Positions 1-9,285 of a DNA stretch of 31,922 bases are shown piece by piece (within the stretch, counting starts at the first letter, position 1; every line of letters begins with the position of its first letter). Origin of the DNA: Solirubrobacteraceae bacterium (lineage in GTDB: Bacteria; Actinomycetota; Thermoleophilia; Solirubrobacterales; Solirubrobacteraceae); assembly GCA_035547175.1 (NCBI GenBank), contig DASZVK010000097.1, forward strand, positions 1 to 31,922, written 5' to 3'. The position numbers and the translations under genes were made by a program. The notes beneath the pieces are model-generated. The model made no database searches and was not told the origin of the DNA. It saw only the letters and a program-made list of their open reading frames with translations.

Positions 1-90
1 CGCCACCGCGGCGACCTCGGCGCGCTCCGCCTCGAGCGCGTCGGTCGCCACGCGAAGACGAGGCTCTGCCGGCGCGGACGCGGGACTCAC
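1..90 (-). CDS. Possible N-terminus of a gene running off the left edge (MSPASAPAEPRLRVATDALEAERAEVAAVA...), product unknown
   Basis: GTG at 90-88 opens a stop-free frame to the window edge with coding-like GC3, divergent from the gene at 219; too short to assign. Confidence 0.35.
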   Translation of the reverse strand, partial: MSPASAPAEPRLRVATDALEAERAEVAAVA

Positions 91-164
91 CGCGCGGCGC
101 GCGCCGGGCGCCCGCGCGGGCGGCGCCCCTTCACGCGCGGCGCCCGTCCAGGCATACTGCGTTC

Positions 165-192
165 TTGTCGTCCATCACCGACCCGCTATACG
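165..192 (+). promoter_or_regulatory. Promoter/operator P1 (TTGTCG-N16-TATACG), copy 1 of the shared cluster motif
   Basis: TTGTCGTCCATCACCGACCCGCTATACG, upstream of the GGAGGA RBS and GTG 219; aligns without gaps to 2929 and 13960. Confidence 0.6.
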
Positions 193-218
193 CGGTCGAT
201 CCGTCGATAGGAGGAGAC

Positions 219-1328
219 GTGGCCCTCAGGTTCGGTACCTACACGGAGATCCAGTGCCCGCCCGGCGGCGACCACGCCAAGCTGATCCACGACGCGCTCG
301 AGGTCGGCGTCGCCGCCGACCGGCTCGGATACGGCGTCTACTGCTGCGTCGAGCACCCGTGGTTCGAGCAGTTCTCGATCAGCACCGCGCCGCTGGCGCT
401 GTTCGCGACGCTGGCCCAGCGGACCAGGGACATCCGCTTCCGCGCTCTCTGCCACACGCTGCCGCTGCACAACCCGTTCGTCCTCGCCGGCGAGCTGGCG
501 CTCGCCGACATCCTGCTCGACGGGCGCTTCGACGTCGGCATCGGCCGCGGCCACGCGTGGCTGCAGGATCCGGCGAACATCGCCCTGGAGGAGAGCATCG
601 AGCGCTTCCCCGAGTGCGTCGACATCCTGCTGGCGGCCTGGACGAACGAGCGCTTCTCCTACGACGGCAAGCACTACAAGGCGCATGACCTCGCGGTCGT
701 GCCGCGGCCGCTGCAGAAGCCCCACCCGCCGATCTGGCAGGTCGGCACGAGCGCCAAGTGGGTGCCGCGCGCGGTCGAGAACGGCTGGGGGATCGCGCTC
801 GGCGGCCCGGCCCCGAACGTCGCCTTCGAGGAGGCGATCGCCCAGTACCACGCCGCCTGCGAGGCGGCCGGCAAGCCCTCGAACTTCGCCTACATCAAGG
901 CGGTCAACCTCGACGAGGACCACGACAGGGCCGTCGAGGAGGGGCGCGTGCCGCTGAAGGGCTTCATCGACTTCAACGTCTCGCCGATGGACTCGCTGGA
1001 CCGCAGCCCCGAGGGCCGCCAGCGCCTGATCGACGCCGGCTACGGCTTCTACGCCGCCGACGACTTCCCCAACACCCGCAACCTCTCCTACGAGCAGCTG
1101 CTCGACCACGAGATCGTCTACGCGGGCAGCCCGGAGCGCGTCGCCCAGCAGCTGATCGACCTCTGGGACCGCTTCCGGTTCGACGAGTTCTGCCTGATCT
1201 GCCACTACGGCGGCGTCGGGCTCGAGCAGTCGCTCAAGACCCAGGAGCTGTTCGCCACCAAGGTCAGGCCGCTCATGGAGCAGGCCGCCGAGAAGGCGTC
1301 CCGGAAGAGCTCGGTGGCCGCCCGCTGA
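219..1328 (+). CDS. LLM-class (luciferase-like) flavin-dependent oxidoreductase/monooxygenase, 369 aa
   Basis: RFGTY start, VEH motif, HTLPLHNPFVLAGELALADILLDGRFDVGIGRG, PRPLQKPHPPIW, GSPERV, FATKVRP; GGAGGA RBS before GTG 219 (ORF-track start at 165 lies in the promoter). Confidence 0.9.
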   Translation: MALRFGTYTEIQCPPGGDHAKLIHDALEVGVAADRLGYGVYCCVEHPWFEQFSISTAPLALFATLAQRTRDIRFRALCHTLPLHNPFVLAGELALADILLDGRFDVGIGRGHAWLQDPANIALEESIERFPECVDILLAAWTNERFSYDGKHYKAHDLAVVPRPLQKPHPPIWQVGTSAKWVPRAVENGWGIALGGPAPNVAFEEAIAQYHAACEAAGKPSNFAYIKAVNLDEDHDRAVEEGRVPLKGFIDFNVSPMDSLDRSPEGRQRLIDAGYGFYAADDFPNTRNLSYEQLLDHEIVYAGSPERVAQQLIDLWDRFRFDEFCLICHYGGVGLEQSLKTQELFATKVRPLMEQAAEKASRKSSVAAR

Positions 1329-1354
1329 GCGCGCGATCGGACCGGGAGCGCGCC

Positions 1355-2902
1355 ATGGCCCAGCACGATGCGATCGTCGTCGGCTCCGGCGTCAACGGCC
1401 TCGCCTGCGCGGCGCTGCTGGCCAAGGCGGGCTGGGACGTCTGCGTGCTCGAGCGCAACGACTGGCTCGGCGGTGCGATCCGCACCGCCGAGATCACGCA
1501 GCCGGGCTTCGCGCACGACGTCTTCAGCGCCTGGCACCCGCTGTGGGTCGGCGGGCCCGCGCACCCGCAGCTCGCCGCGGACCTCGCGCGCCACGGCCTC
1601 GAGTACCGCAACACCGACCTGCCGAGCGCGACCGCCTTCCCGGACGGCGACAGCGCCTTCCTGCTGCGCGGCGCCGAGGAGAACGCGCGCGAGCTGGGCC
1701 CCGAGTGGCACGACGCGCTCGCGCGCTTCCTGCCCAACGCCGACCTCGCCTTCGGCGTGCTGGGCACCGAGCTGTGGTCGCGCGCCGGCGCGGCGCTCGC
1801 CTGGCGGGCGATCCGCCGGCTGGGCCGCGAGGGCGCGCGCGACTTCGCCGGCGAGCTGCTCGTCTCCGCACGCGACTGGCTGGAGACGACGTTCGCCTCG
1901 CCGAAGGCGCACGGGCTGCTCGCGCCCTGGGTCCTGCACACCGGGCTGGGCCCGGACGCCGCCGCCTCGGGCTACATGGCGCAGGTGATCGCCGTCGCGA
2001 TCCAGGACGGCGGCCTGCCGATCCCCGTCGGCGGCGGAGCCCGGCTCGCCGACGCGCTCGTCGCCTACGTGCGCGAGCAGGGCGGGACGTGCCGGACGCG
2101 GGCCGACGTCGTCGGCGTCTTCTCCGGCGGCGTGCGGCTCGCCGACGGCGAGGTCGTCGCGGCGCGCCGGGCGGTCGTCTGCAACGTCACCCCGACGGCG
2201 CTCTACGGCGGCCTGCTGGAGGGCGCGCCGGCGGCGCCGACGCAGCGGCCGTTCCGCTACGGGCGCGCCGAGATGCAGATCCACTTCGCGCTCTCCGAGC
2301 CGCCGCGCTGGGCGGGCGACGAGCGCCTCGGCCGCACGGCGATCGTGCACCTCACGCCCGGCCTCGACGGCGTCTCGCGCGCGGTCAACGAGGCCGACCG
2401 CGGCCTGCTGCCGGCCGAGGCGACGATCGTCGTCGGCCAGCCGCTGACGATCGACCCCTCGCGGGCGCCCGACGGCAAGGGGATCCTCTGGATCCAGCTG
2501 CAGGAGCTGCCACGGCACGTCAAGGGCGACGCCGCGGGCGAGATCGACGCCGGCGACGGCGCCTGGACGGAGGACCTGCGCGAGCGCTACGCCGACCGCA
2601 TCCAGGCGCGCCTCGCGCGCCACGTCCCGAACCTGGAGCCCTCGATCCTGCGGCGCGTCGCGCTCTCGCCCGCCGACCTCGAGGCCGCCAACGTCAACCT
2701 CGTGGGAGGCGATCCCTACGGCGGCTCGCTGGCGCTCGACCAGAGCTTCCTCTGGCGCGCCCCGCACCGCACGCCGGCGCCCGGCGTCTGGCACGTCGGC
2801 GCCTCGACCCACCCGGGCCCCGGCCTCGGCGGCGGGTCGGGCGCGCTCGTCGCCGAGCAGCTCCTGCGCGGCTCGCCGCTGACGCGCCTGCTGCGCCGTT
2901 GA
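1355..2902 (+). CDS. Phytoene dehydrogenase-like NAD(P)/FAD-dependent oxidoreductase, 515 aa
   Basis: Rossmann start HDAIVVGSGVNGLACAALLAKAGWDVCVLERNDWLGGA; C-terminal GASTHPGPGLGGGSG; SPADLEAANVNLVGGDPYGG; ATG 1355 after GGGAG. Confidence 0.88.
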   Translation: MAQHDAIVVGSGVNGLACAALLAKAGWDVCVLERNDWLGGAIRTAEITQPGFAHDVFSAWHPLWVGGPAHPQLAADLARHGLEYRNTDLPSATAFPDGDSAFLLRGAEENARELGPEWHDALARFLPNADLAFGVLGTELWSRAGAALAWRAIRRLGREGARDFAGELLVSARDWLETTFASPKAHGLLAPWVLHTGLGPDAAASGYMAQVIAVAIQDGGLPIPVGGGARLADALVAYVREQGGTCRTRADVVGVFSGGVRLADGEVVAARRAVVCNVTPTALYGGLLEGAPAAPTQRPFRYGRAEMQIHFALSEPPRWAGDERLGRTAIVHLTPGLDGVSRAVNEADRGLLPAEATIVVGQPLTIDPSRAPDGKGILWIQLQELPRHVKGDAAGEIDAGDGAWTEDLRERYADRIQARLARHVPNLEPSILRRVALSPADLEAANVNLVGGDPYGGSLALDQSFLWRAPHRTPAPGVWHVGASTHPGPGLGGGSGALVAEQLLRGSPLTRLLRR

Positions 2903-2928
2903 GCCCCGGCTCGCGATATGGCGCGTCA

Positions 2929-2958
2929 TTGACGACGATCATAATTCCGTTATACGAT
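2929..2958 (+). promoter_or_regulatory. Promoter/operator P2 (TTGACG with TATACG/TACGAT), copy 2 of the shared motif
   Basis: AT-rich intergenic TTGACGACGATCATAATTCCGTTATACGAT; -35 TTGACG with TACGAT at 18-bp spacing; also a CGTCA-T-TGACG dyad at 2924-2934. Confidence 0.7.
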
Positions 2959-2975
2959 CGCCGCGGGGGTAGGGC

Positions 2976-3866
2976 TTGACGCCGCGCATCTCGGTCTCGC
3001 AGATCTCGACATTCCGATCGTCCTTCGCCGACGACGTCCGCGACTACGCCGCGGCCGGGCTCGACGGCATCGGCATCTGGGAGATGAAGCTGCCCGACGG
3101 CGGCGACGCCGAGTCGCTCGAGCTGCTCGAGGCCAGCGGGCTCGAGCGCGCCTCGGCGGTCACGGCCGTGCCGTCGATCCTGCCGATGCCGCTGCTCGGC
3201 CCGCCCGACGACCCCGCCGAGCGCCTGCACGCCTACTGCGCGTCGCTCGAGCGCCTCGCCGCCTTCGCGCCGGCCGCCGTTGTCTGCGTGACCGGCAGCG
3301 GCGCCGGGCGCGACCCCGACGAGGCGCGCTCGATCGTCGTCGAGGGCCTGCGGACGATCGGCGCCGAGGCCCAGCGCCTCGGCCTGCGCATCGCGCTGGA
3401 GCCCTACCAGCGGATCGACGGCGAGCCGTGGTCGATCGTCTTCTCGATCCCGGAGGCGATCGAGCTGCTGCGCGACGCGGGCGACCCGCCGGCGATCGGC
3501 ATCCAGTTCGACGTCTGGCACCTGTGGAACACGCCGACGCTATTCGACGACATCGCCTCCGAGATCGGCCGCTTCGCCGGCGTCCACGTCTGCGACTACC
3601 GCGACCCGCCGCGCGCCTGGGCCGACCGCGCGCTGCCCGGCGAGGGCGTCGCCGGCGTCCCGGCGATCCTGGCGGCGCTCGACGCCGCGGGCTGGGACGG
3701 CCTCTACGACGTCGAGATCTTCTCCGACGACGGCACGTTCGGAACCGAGCTGCCCGACTCCCACTGGGCCGCGCCGGCGCTCGAGACGCTGGCCCGCGCC
3801 CGCGATGCAGTGCGCCGGAGCCTTTCGCCGGCTCTAAACCAACCAACCAAGGACGAGGTGACATGA
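2976..3866 (+). CDS. Sugar phosphate isomerase/epimerase (xylose-isomerase-like TIM barrel, IolE-like), 296 aa
   Basis: Metal-ligand pattern LRIALEP...QFDVWH...HVCD...DVEIFS; LPGEG motif; TTG start. Confidence 0.8.
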   Translation: MTPRISVSQISTFRSSFADDVRDYAAAGLDGIGIWEMKLPDGGDAESLELLEASGLERASAVTAVPSILPMPLLGPPDDPAERLHAYCASLERLAAFAPAAVVCVTGSGAGRDPDEARSIVVEGLRTIGAEAQRLGLRIALEPYQRIDGEPWSIVFSIPEAIELLRDAGDPPAIGIQFDVWHLWNTPTLFDDIASEIGRFAGVHVCDYRDPPRAWADRALPGEGVAGVPAILAALDAAGWDGLYDVEIFSDDGTFGTELPDSHWAAPALETLARARDAVRRSLSPALNQPTKDEVT

Positions 3867-5053
3867 GGAGAGGACGCAGGAAGAGCGCCGCCGCGGTGCT
3901 CGCGATCGCGGCGATCGGCGCCGTCGGCGCCGTCGCGGCGACGAGCAGCAGCGCTGCGTCGACGCCGATCACGATCGGATGGGCGTACGACGCCACCGGG
4001 TCGATGGCGCCGTTCGACATGCCGGCGCTCGCCGCGGCGCAGCTGCGGGTCAAGCAGATCAACGCCAAGGGCGGCGTCAGCGGCCATCCGCTGAAGATCG
4101 CCACGTGCAAGACGCAGGGCAACAAGCCGGCGGTGGCCAAGGCGTGCGCGCTGAAGCTGATCAGCGGCGGCGCCAAGGTCGTCTTCTCGACGTGCGACGT
4201 CGACCTCGGCGCCCCCGTCGTGCAGGAGGCGATCAACCGCGGCATCCTCGCGGTCTCGCCGTGCATCGGCACCGACCAGATGGGCCCCAAGCGCTTCGGC
4301 AAGAAGGGCGCGCTGGCGTTCAGCTACGGCAACGTCGCCCAGGACGAGGGCTCGGCCATGGCCGACTTCGCGTGGAGCAAGGGCTGGAAGACGGCCGCGC
4401 TCGCGACCGACGGCGTGATCGTCTACTTCAAGGACGTCGTCGCCGCGTTCAAGGCCCGCTTCCAGCAGCTCGGCGGCAAGATCGCCGACGAGGAGACCTA
4501 CCACTCGCTCGGCGGCCACGACGTCAACAACACGATCAGCCGCCTGCAGGGCGTCAAGGCCGACGTGATCGTGACGGCGACGGCGGGCGCGTTCGGCGCG
4601 CTCTCGACGCTCGTCTCGGGCCTGCGCAGCGCCGGCGACAACACCCCGATCCTCAACTCGTGGGCGGGCGACGGCACGTACTGGCTGCCCAAGAGCCCGG
4701 CGGTGACCAACTACTGGTACGTCACGTTCGCGTCGGTCTTCGGCGACGACCCCAACCCGACGGTCAAGGCGATGGCCAAGCAGATCAAGGCGGCGACCGG
4801 CGGCTTCGTCACCGGCCCGGCGGCGATCGACGGCGTCGCGACCGCGATCCGCAGGGCGCACGGCTCGACCGACGGCGCCAAGCTGGCGTCGATCATGCAG
4901 TCCTTCAAGGACGTGTCGACGCTCTCCGGCGAGGTGAGCTTCTCGTCGAAGTGGCATACGGTGTTCGGACGCCAGTACCGGGTGATGAGCATCAACGACA
5001 ACAAGGCGAAGTTCGTCAAGCTCATCAGGGCCAAGGTCGTCCCGACGATCTGA
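3863..5053 (+). CDS. ABC transporter substrate-binding protein, LivK/Peripla_BP_6 type, 396 aa
   Basis: Basic-hydrophobic signal peptide, ITIGWAYDATG, INAKGGVSG; ATGA overlap with upstream stop; followed by LIV ATPases and permeases. Confidence 0.88.
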   Translation: MRRGRRKSAAAVLAIAAIGAVGAVAATSSSAASTPITIGWAYDATGSMAPFDMPALAAAQLRVKQINAKGGVSGHPLKIATCKTQGNKPAVAKACALKLISGGAKVVFSTCDVDLGAPVVQEAINRGILAVSPCIGTDQMGPKRFGKKGALAFSYGNVAQDEGSAMADFAWSKGWKTAALATDGVIVYFKDVVAAFKARFQQLGGKIADEETYHSLGGHDVNNTISRLQGVKADVIVTATAGAFGALSTLVSGLRSAGDNTPILNSWAGDGTYWLPKSPAVTNYWYVTFASVFGDDPNPTVKAMAKQIKAATGGFVTGPAAIDGVATAIRRAHGSTDGAKLASIMQSFKDVSTLSGEVSFSSKWHTVFGRQYRVMSINDNKAKFVKLIRAKVVPTI

Positions 5054-5054
5054 G

Positions 5055-5825
5055 TTGACGGCGCTCGCCTCAGCCGACGCGCAGCGGACGCCCGGGGAGA
5101 TCCTCCGGGCGTCCGCCGTGTCGCGCTCGTTCGACGGCGTGCAGGCGCTGCGCGGCGTCGACCTGGAGCTGGGGCGGGGCCACGTCGTCGGCCTGATCGG
5201 CCCCAACGGGGCCGGCAAGTCCACGCTCGTCAACGTGCTCAGCGGCTTCGACCGCCCCGACGAGGGCAGCGTCGCGCTCGGCGACCAGGACCTGACGAGC
5301 TGGCCACCCCACCGGCGCGGCCGCCACGGCCTCGCCCGCACCTTCCAGCACAGCCACGGGTTCCGCGCGCTGTCGGTGCGCGAGAACGTCGAGGTCTCGG
5401 CGCTCGGCGTCGGCGCCGGCCCGCGCGAGGCGGCGCGGCGCGCGAGCGCGCTGCTGGCCCGGCTCGGCCTCGACCGCTACGCCGACGCGCCCGCCGCCGC
5501 GCTGCCCCAGGGCGACGAGCGCCGCCTCGGCGTCGCCCGCGCGCTCGCCACCGAGCCGCGCTTCGTGCTGCTCGACGAGCCCGCCGCCGGGCTGCCCGAG
5601 GCCGAGGTCCCGGACTTCGCCGCGCTGGTCCGCTCGATCGCCGGCGAGCACGGGGCCGGCGTGCTGCTGATCGACCACAACATGGCGCTGATCATGGAGA
5701 CCTGCGACCACATCGTCGTGCTCGATCATGGGCAGGTGCTGGCCGGCGGCTCCCCCGAGCAGATCCGCTCCAACCTCGACGTCGCGGCCGCCTACCTCGG
5801 CGAGTCGCCGGTGCACGAGGCATGA
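5055..5825 (+). CDS. ABC transporter ATP-binding protein (LivG-like)
   Basis: Walker A GPNGAGKST, RTFQ, Walker B VLLDEPAAG, IDHNM; signature degenerate (LPQGD). Confidence 0.92.
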   Translation: MTALASADAQRTPGEILRASAVSRSFDGVQALRGVDLELGRGHVVGLIGPNGAGKSTLVNVLSGFDRPDEGSVALGDQDLTSWPPHRRGRHGLARTFQHSHGFRALSVRENVEVSALGVGAGPREAARRASALLARLGLDRYADAPAAALPQGDERRLGVARALATEPRFVLLDEPAAGLPEAEVPDFAALVRSIAGEHGAGVLLIDHNMALIMETCDHIVVLDHGQVLAGGSPEQIRSNLDVAAAYLGESPVHEA

Positions 5826-6523
5826 GCCTGCGGGTCGAGGGGCTGCGCGTGCGCTACGGCGGCGTCGAGGCCGTCCGCGAGCTGTCGCTGTCGGTGGCGC
5901 CGGGCGAGATCGTCTCGCTCGTCGGGCCCAACGGCGCCGGCAAGTCCTCGACGCTGCACGCGATCATGGGCCTCGCCCCGGCGAGCGGCAGCGTGCGCGT
6001 CGGCGAGCGCGAGCTGATCGGCGCGCAGCCCGAGGACATCGCCCGCGCCGGCGTGGCGCTCGTGCCCGAGAGCCGGCGCATCTTCGCCGAGCTGACCGTC
6101 GAGGAGAACCTGCGGCTGGGCCTCGCGGCGCGGCGCGCCAGGGGCGGCGAGCTCGAGCTGCTGGACTCGATCGTCGAGCTCTTCCCGATCGTCGGCCGGT
6201 TCCGCGCCCGCCACGCCGGCGCGCTCTCCGGCGGCCAGCAGCAGCAACTCGCGATCGCGCGCGCGCTCGCGGCCGAGCCCGACGTGATCCTGCTCGACGA
6301 GCCCTCGCTGGGCCTCGCGCCGCTGATCGTCGACGCGGTCTTCGACGCGCTGGCCGCGATCCGCGACCGCGGCCTCGCCGTGCTGCTCGTCGAGCAGCGC
6401 GCGCAGCGCGCCGTGGCCGCGGCGAGCCGCAGCCACGTCCTGGCCGGCGGCGTCGTGCGCGCGCAGCTGGGCCCGCAGGACGCGGGCGACCTCGACCGCC
6501 TCGTGGGGAGCTACCTGTCGTGA
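5822..6523 (+). CDS. ABC transporter ATP-binding protein (LivF-like)
   Basis: GPNGAGKSS, LTVEENL, LSGGQQQQLAIARAL, ILLDEPSLGLAP, LLVEQ. Confidence 0.93.
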   Translation: MSLRVEGLRVRYGGVEAVRELSLSVAPGEIVSLVGPNGAGKSSTLHAIMGLAPASGSVRVGERELIGAQPEDIARAGVALVPESRRIFAELTVEENLRLGLAARRARGGELELLDSIVELFPIVGRFRARHAGALSGGQQQQLAIARALAAEPDVILLDEPSLGLAPLIVDAVFDALAAIRDRGLAVLLVEQRAQRAVAAASRSHVLAGGVVRAQLGPQDAGDLDRLVGSYLS

Positions 6524-7410
6524 GCTTCACCTGGCAGACGCTCGCCGACGGCCTCTCGCTCGGCGCGATCTACGCGCTGATGGCGGTCGGCATCGGCCTC
6601 GTCTTCGGCGTGCTGCGGCTGGTCAACTTCGCCTACGGCCAGCTCGTCATGGCCGGGGCGTTCGCCCTGGCGATGGCCTCCCAGTGGGGCTGGCCGGTGT
6701 GGGCCGGGATCGTCCTCTGCTTCGCCGTGGTGCTCGTGCTGTCGGTGCTCATGGAGCGGCTCGTCTTCCGGCCGCTGCGCGGTCACGCGCCGGCGGTGAT
6801 GCTCGTCGCGACGTTCGCGGTCGCCTTCCTGCTGGAGAGCATCGCGCTGCTGTGGTTCGGCTCGCTGGGCAAGACCGCGGCGTCGCTGGCGACGCTCAAC
6901 CAGCCGTGGACGATCCTCGGCGTCGAGATCCGCAGGATCGCGATCGTCGCGATCCTCGTCGCCGCGGCCGCGCTGGTCGGCCTGCGGCTGCTGATCGACC
7001 GCACCTCGATCGGCCTGCACATGCGCGCCGCGTCGATGGACTTCTCGACCGCGCGGATGCTCGGCGTGCGCGCCAACCGCGTGATCTTCTTCGCGGTGCT
7101 GCTGTCCGGCGTGCTCGCCGCGATCGTCGCCGTGATGCTGACCGTGCAGACGCCGCTGGTGACGCCGGACTTCGCGCTCAACGACACGATCGTCGTGCTC
7201 GCCGGCGTCGTCGTCGGCGGGCTGAACCGGATCGTCCCGGCCACGCTCGGCGGCTTCCTGATCGGGTTCGTCAGCGGCCTGCTCGGCGGGGCGCTGCCGA
7301 CCGACCAGAGCCAGTACCTGCCGACGTTCGTGTTCGCCGCCGTGATCCTCGTGCTGTTGGTCCGCCCGCGCGGGCTGTTCGACCTCTCCCGCACCGTGGA
7401 GCGCGTGTGA
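6520..7410 (+). CDS. Branched-chain amino acid type ABC permease (LivH-like), 296 aa
   Basis: GLSLGAIYALMAVGIGLVFGVLRLVNFAYG, GLHMRAAS, ARMLGV, VVVGGL; GTGA overlap. Confidence 0.92.
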   Translation: MSFTWQTLADGLSLGAIYALMAVGIGLVFGVLRLVNFAYGQLVMAGAFALAMASQWGWPVWAGIVLCFAVVLVLSVLMERLVFRPLRGHAPAVMLVATFAVAFLLESIALLWFGSLGKTAASLATLNQPWTILGVEIRRIAIVAILVAAAALVGLRLLIDRTSIGLHMRAASMDFSTARMLGVRANRVIFFAVLLSGVLAAIVAVMLTVQTPLVTPDFALNDTIVVLAGVVVGGLNRIVPATLGGFLIGFVSGLLGGALPTDQSQYLPTFVFAAVILVLLVRPRGLFDLSRTVERV

Positions 7411-8468
7411 GGCGCGGCGCGGAGCTGAGCGGGCTCGCCCTGCCGCTGGCGCTGGTCGCCGCCACGGCGCTGCTCGGCGCGCTCGTCTCGCAGTCCTCGC
7501 AGACGTACTTCACCGACGCGCTGGTCAACGTCGCGATCGTCACCGCGCTGTACGTGTTCGTCGGCAACTCCGGGGTGCTGTCGTTCGGCCACATCAGCTT
7601 CGTCGCGCTGGGCGCGTGGACGGCGGGCGTGCTGTCGGTGCCGGTCGCCGAGAAGCCGGCGACGATGCCCGGCCTCGCGCACTTCCTCGCCGCCACGCAC
7701 GTCGCCAACGTCCCGTCGCTCGCGCTCGCGGCGCTCGTCGGCGGCGTCGTCGCGCTGGTCGTCGGCTTCCCGCTGACGCGCCTGTCCGGGCTGTCCGCCG
7801 GCATCGCCACGTTCGCGGTGCTGGAGATCACCCACAACCTGCTCCAGTACGAGACGGCGCTCGGCCCCGGGACCAACACCTTCTCCTCGGTGCCGGAGAC
7901 GACCGGGATGCTGCAGGGCGCGATCGGCGCCGGGATCTGCGTCGTCGCCGCGTTCCTGTACTCGCGCAGCCGCTGGGGCCGCCTGCTGCGCGCTACGCGC
8001 GAGGACGCCGCGGCCGCCCGCGCGATCGGCGCCTCGATCCACGTCCAGCGCCTGATCGCCTTCACGCTCTCGGGCGCGCTCGCCGGCCTCGCCGGCGGCC
8101 TCTACATCCACCTGCTGCCGCTCAGCATCGACTCGGTCTTCCTCGACCTGACGTTCATCACGCTCGCGATGCTGGTCGTCGGCGGGTCGGGCAGCCTGCT
8201 GGGCGCCGTCGTCGGCGCGCTCCTGGTCAGCGCGGTCGACTCGTGGTTCTCGCTGGCCGAGAACGGCACCTCGCTGTTCGGCTGGCACGTCGACGTCCCC
8301 TCGGGCACGACCCAGATCATCGTCGGGACGGCGATGGCGGCGGTCCTGATCTTCCGTCCCTCGGGCATCATCGGCCCAGGGGCGATCCGCCTGCCCGGCC
8401 TGCGCAGGGCCGGGTCGGCCGCCGACGGGCAACCGACTCCCACCGAGGGGCATCCAACTCCCAACTAA
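7407..8468 (+). CDS. Branched-chain amino acid type ABC permease (LivM-like), 353 aa
   Basis: GNSGVLSFGHISF, SRWGRLLRATRED, MLVVGGSGSLLG, RPSGIIG; GTGA overlap. Confidence 0.9.
   Translation: MRRGAELSGLALPLALVAATALLGALVSQSSQTYFTDALVNVAIVTALYVFVGNSGVLSFGHISFVALGAWTAGVLSVPVAEKPATMPGLAHFLAATHVANVPSLALAALVGGVVALVVGFPLTRLSGLSAGIATFAVLEITHNLLQYETALGPGTNTFSSVPETTGMLQGAIGAGICVVAAFLYSRSRWGRLLRATREDAAAARAIGASIHVQRLIAFTLSGALAGLAGGLYIHLLPLSIDSVFLDLTFITLAMLVVGGSGSLLGAVVGALLVSAVDSWFSLAENGTSLFGWHVDVPSGTTQIIVGTAMAAVLIFRPSGIIGPGAIRLPGLRRAGSAADGQPTPTEGHPTPN
8427..8467 (+). repeat. Imperfect 21-bp-period tandem repeat in the LivM-like C-terminal tail
   Basis: GGGCAACCGACTCCCACCGA (8427) vs GGGCATCCAACTCCCAACTA (8448), 16/20 identical; encodes GQPTPTE/GHPTPN. 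Confidence 0.5.
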
Positions 8469-8481
8469 GACAAGGAGCACC

Positions 8482-9282
8482 ATGTCGATCGAGTCCAGCA
8501 ACGCGACCACGGCCCTCCTGGCGGGCCTCGCCGACGGGTCCGTGCGCGTCGTCGACCTCACGCAGCCCCTGAGCGAGAGCACGCCGGTGCTGATCCTGCC
8601 CGAGCCGTTCGCGAACACGCCGAAGCTCTCGCGCCGCACGCTCAGCCGCTACGACGAGGCCGGGCCGGCGTGGGCCTGGGACGTGCTCGAGATCGGCGAG
8701 CACCACGGCACGCACTTCGACGCGCCGATCCACTGGATCAGCGGCCGCGACGGCAAGGACGTGGCGTCGGTCGACCCGAGCCGCCTCGTCGGCCCCGCGA
8801 TCGTGATCGACAAGTCCGCGCAGGCCGCCGCCGACCCCGGCTACCTGCTGACGGTCGCCGACCTCGAGGCCTTCGAGGACGAGCACGGGCGCATCCCCGA
8901 TGGCGCCTGGGTGCTGTTCCGCTGCGGCTGGGACGCGCGCGCCCACGACGAGGCGGCGTTCCTCAACGCCGGCCCGGACGGGCCGGTCACGCCGGGGCCC
9001 GACGTCGAGGCCTCCCGGTGGCTGGGCACCGAGCGCGGGATCTCGGGCTTCGGCGTCGAGACCGTCGGCATCGACGCCGGCGCCGCCGGCGGCTTCGACC
9101 CCGTCTACCCGCTGCACAACTACCTGCTCGGCAACGACCGCTACGGCCTCACGCAGCTCGCCAACCTCGGTGAGCTGCCGCCGACCGGCGCGGTGATCGT
9201 CGTGGCGCCGCTGAAGCTCGTCGACGGCACCGGCGCCCCGACCCGCGCGCTGGCGCTGGTCCCGGCGGAGAGGCAGGGCTGA
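8482..9282 (+). CDS. Cyclase-family metal-dependent amidohydrolase (isatin hydrolase / kynurenine formamidase fold), 266 aa
   Basis: HxGTHxDxPxH motif (EHHGTHFDAPIHW), VVDLTQPL, GVETVGID, GTGAPTRALA; AAGGAG RBS. Confidence 0.9.
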   Translation: MSIESSNATTALLAGLADGSVRVVDLTQPLSESTPVLILPEPFANTPKLSRRTLSRYDEAGPAWAWDVLEIGEHHGTHFDAPIHWISGRDGKDVASVDPSRLVGPAIVIDKSAQAAADPGYLLTVADLEAFEDEHGRIPDGAWVLFRCGWDARAHDEAAFLNAGPDGPVTPGPDVEASRWLGTERGISGFGVETVGIDAGAAGGFDPVYPLHNYLLGNDRYGLTQLANLGELPPTGAVIVVAPLKLVDGTGAPTRALALVPAERQG

Positions 9283-9285
9283 GCG

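Noticed and set aside
1355-2902. Carotenoid biosynthesis (crtI)
   Set aside because: No crtB/crtE/crtY nearby; the context is catabolic.
5055-5060. TTGACG resembling the regulon -35
   Set aside because: It is the TTG start of the ATPase, and the following bases lack the TCA and CGYTAT elements.
8482-9282. Classical kynurenine pathway (kynB)
   Set aside because: No tryptophan dioxygenase or kynureninase in the window; the family fits but the specific call is unsupported.
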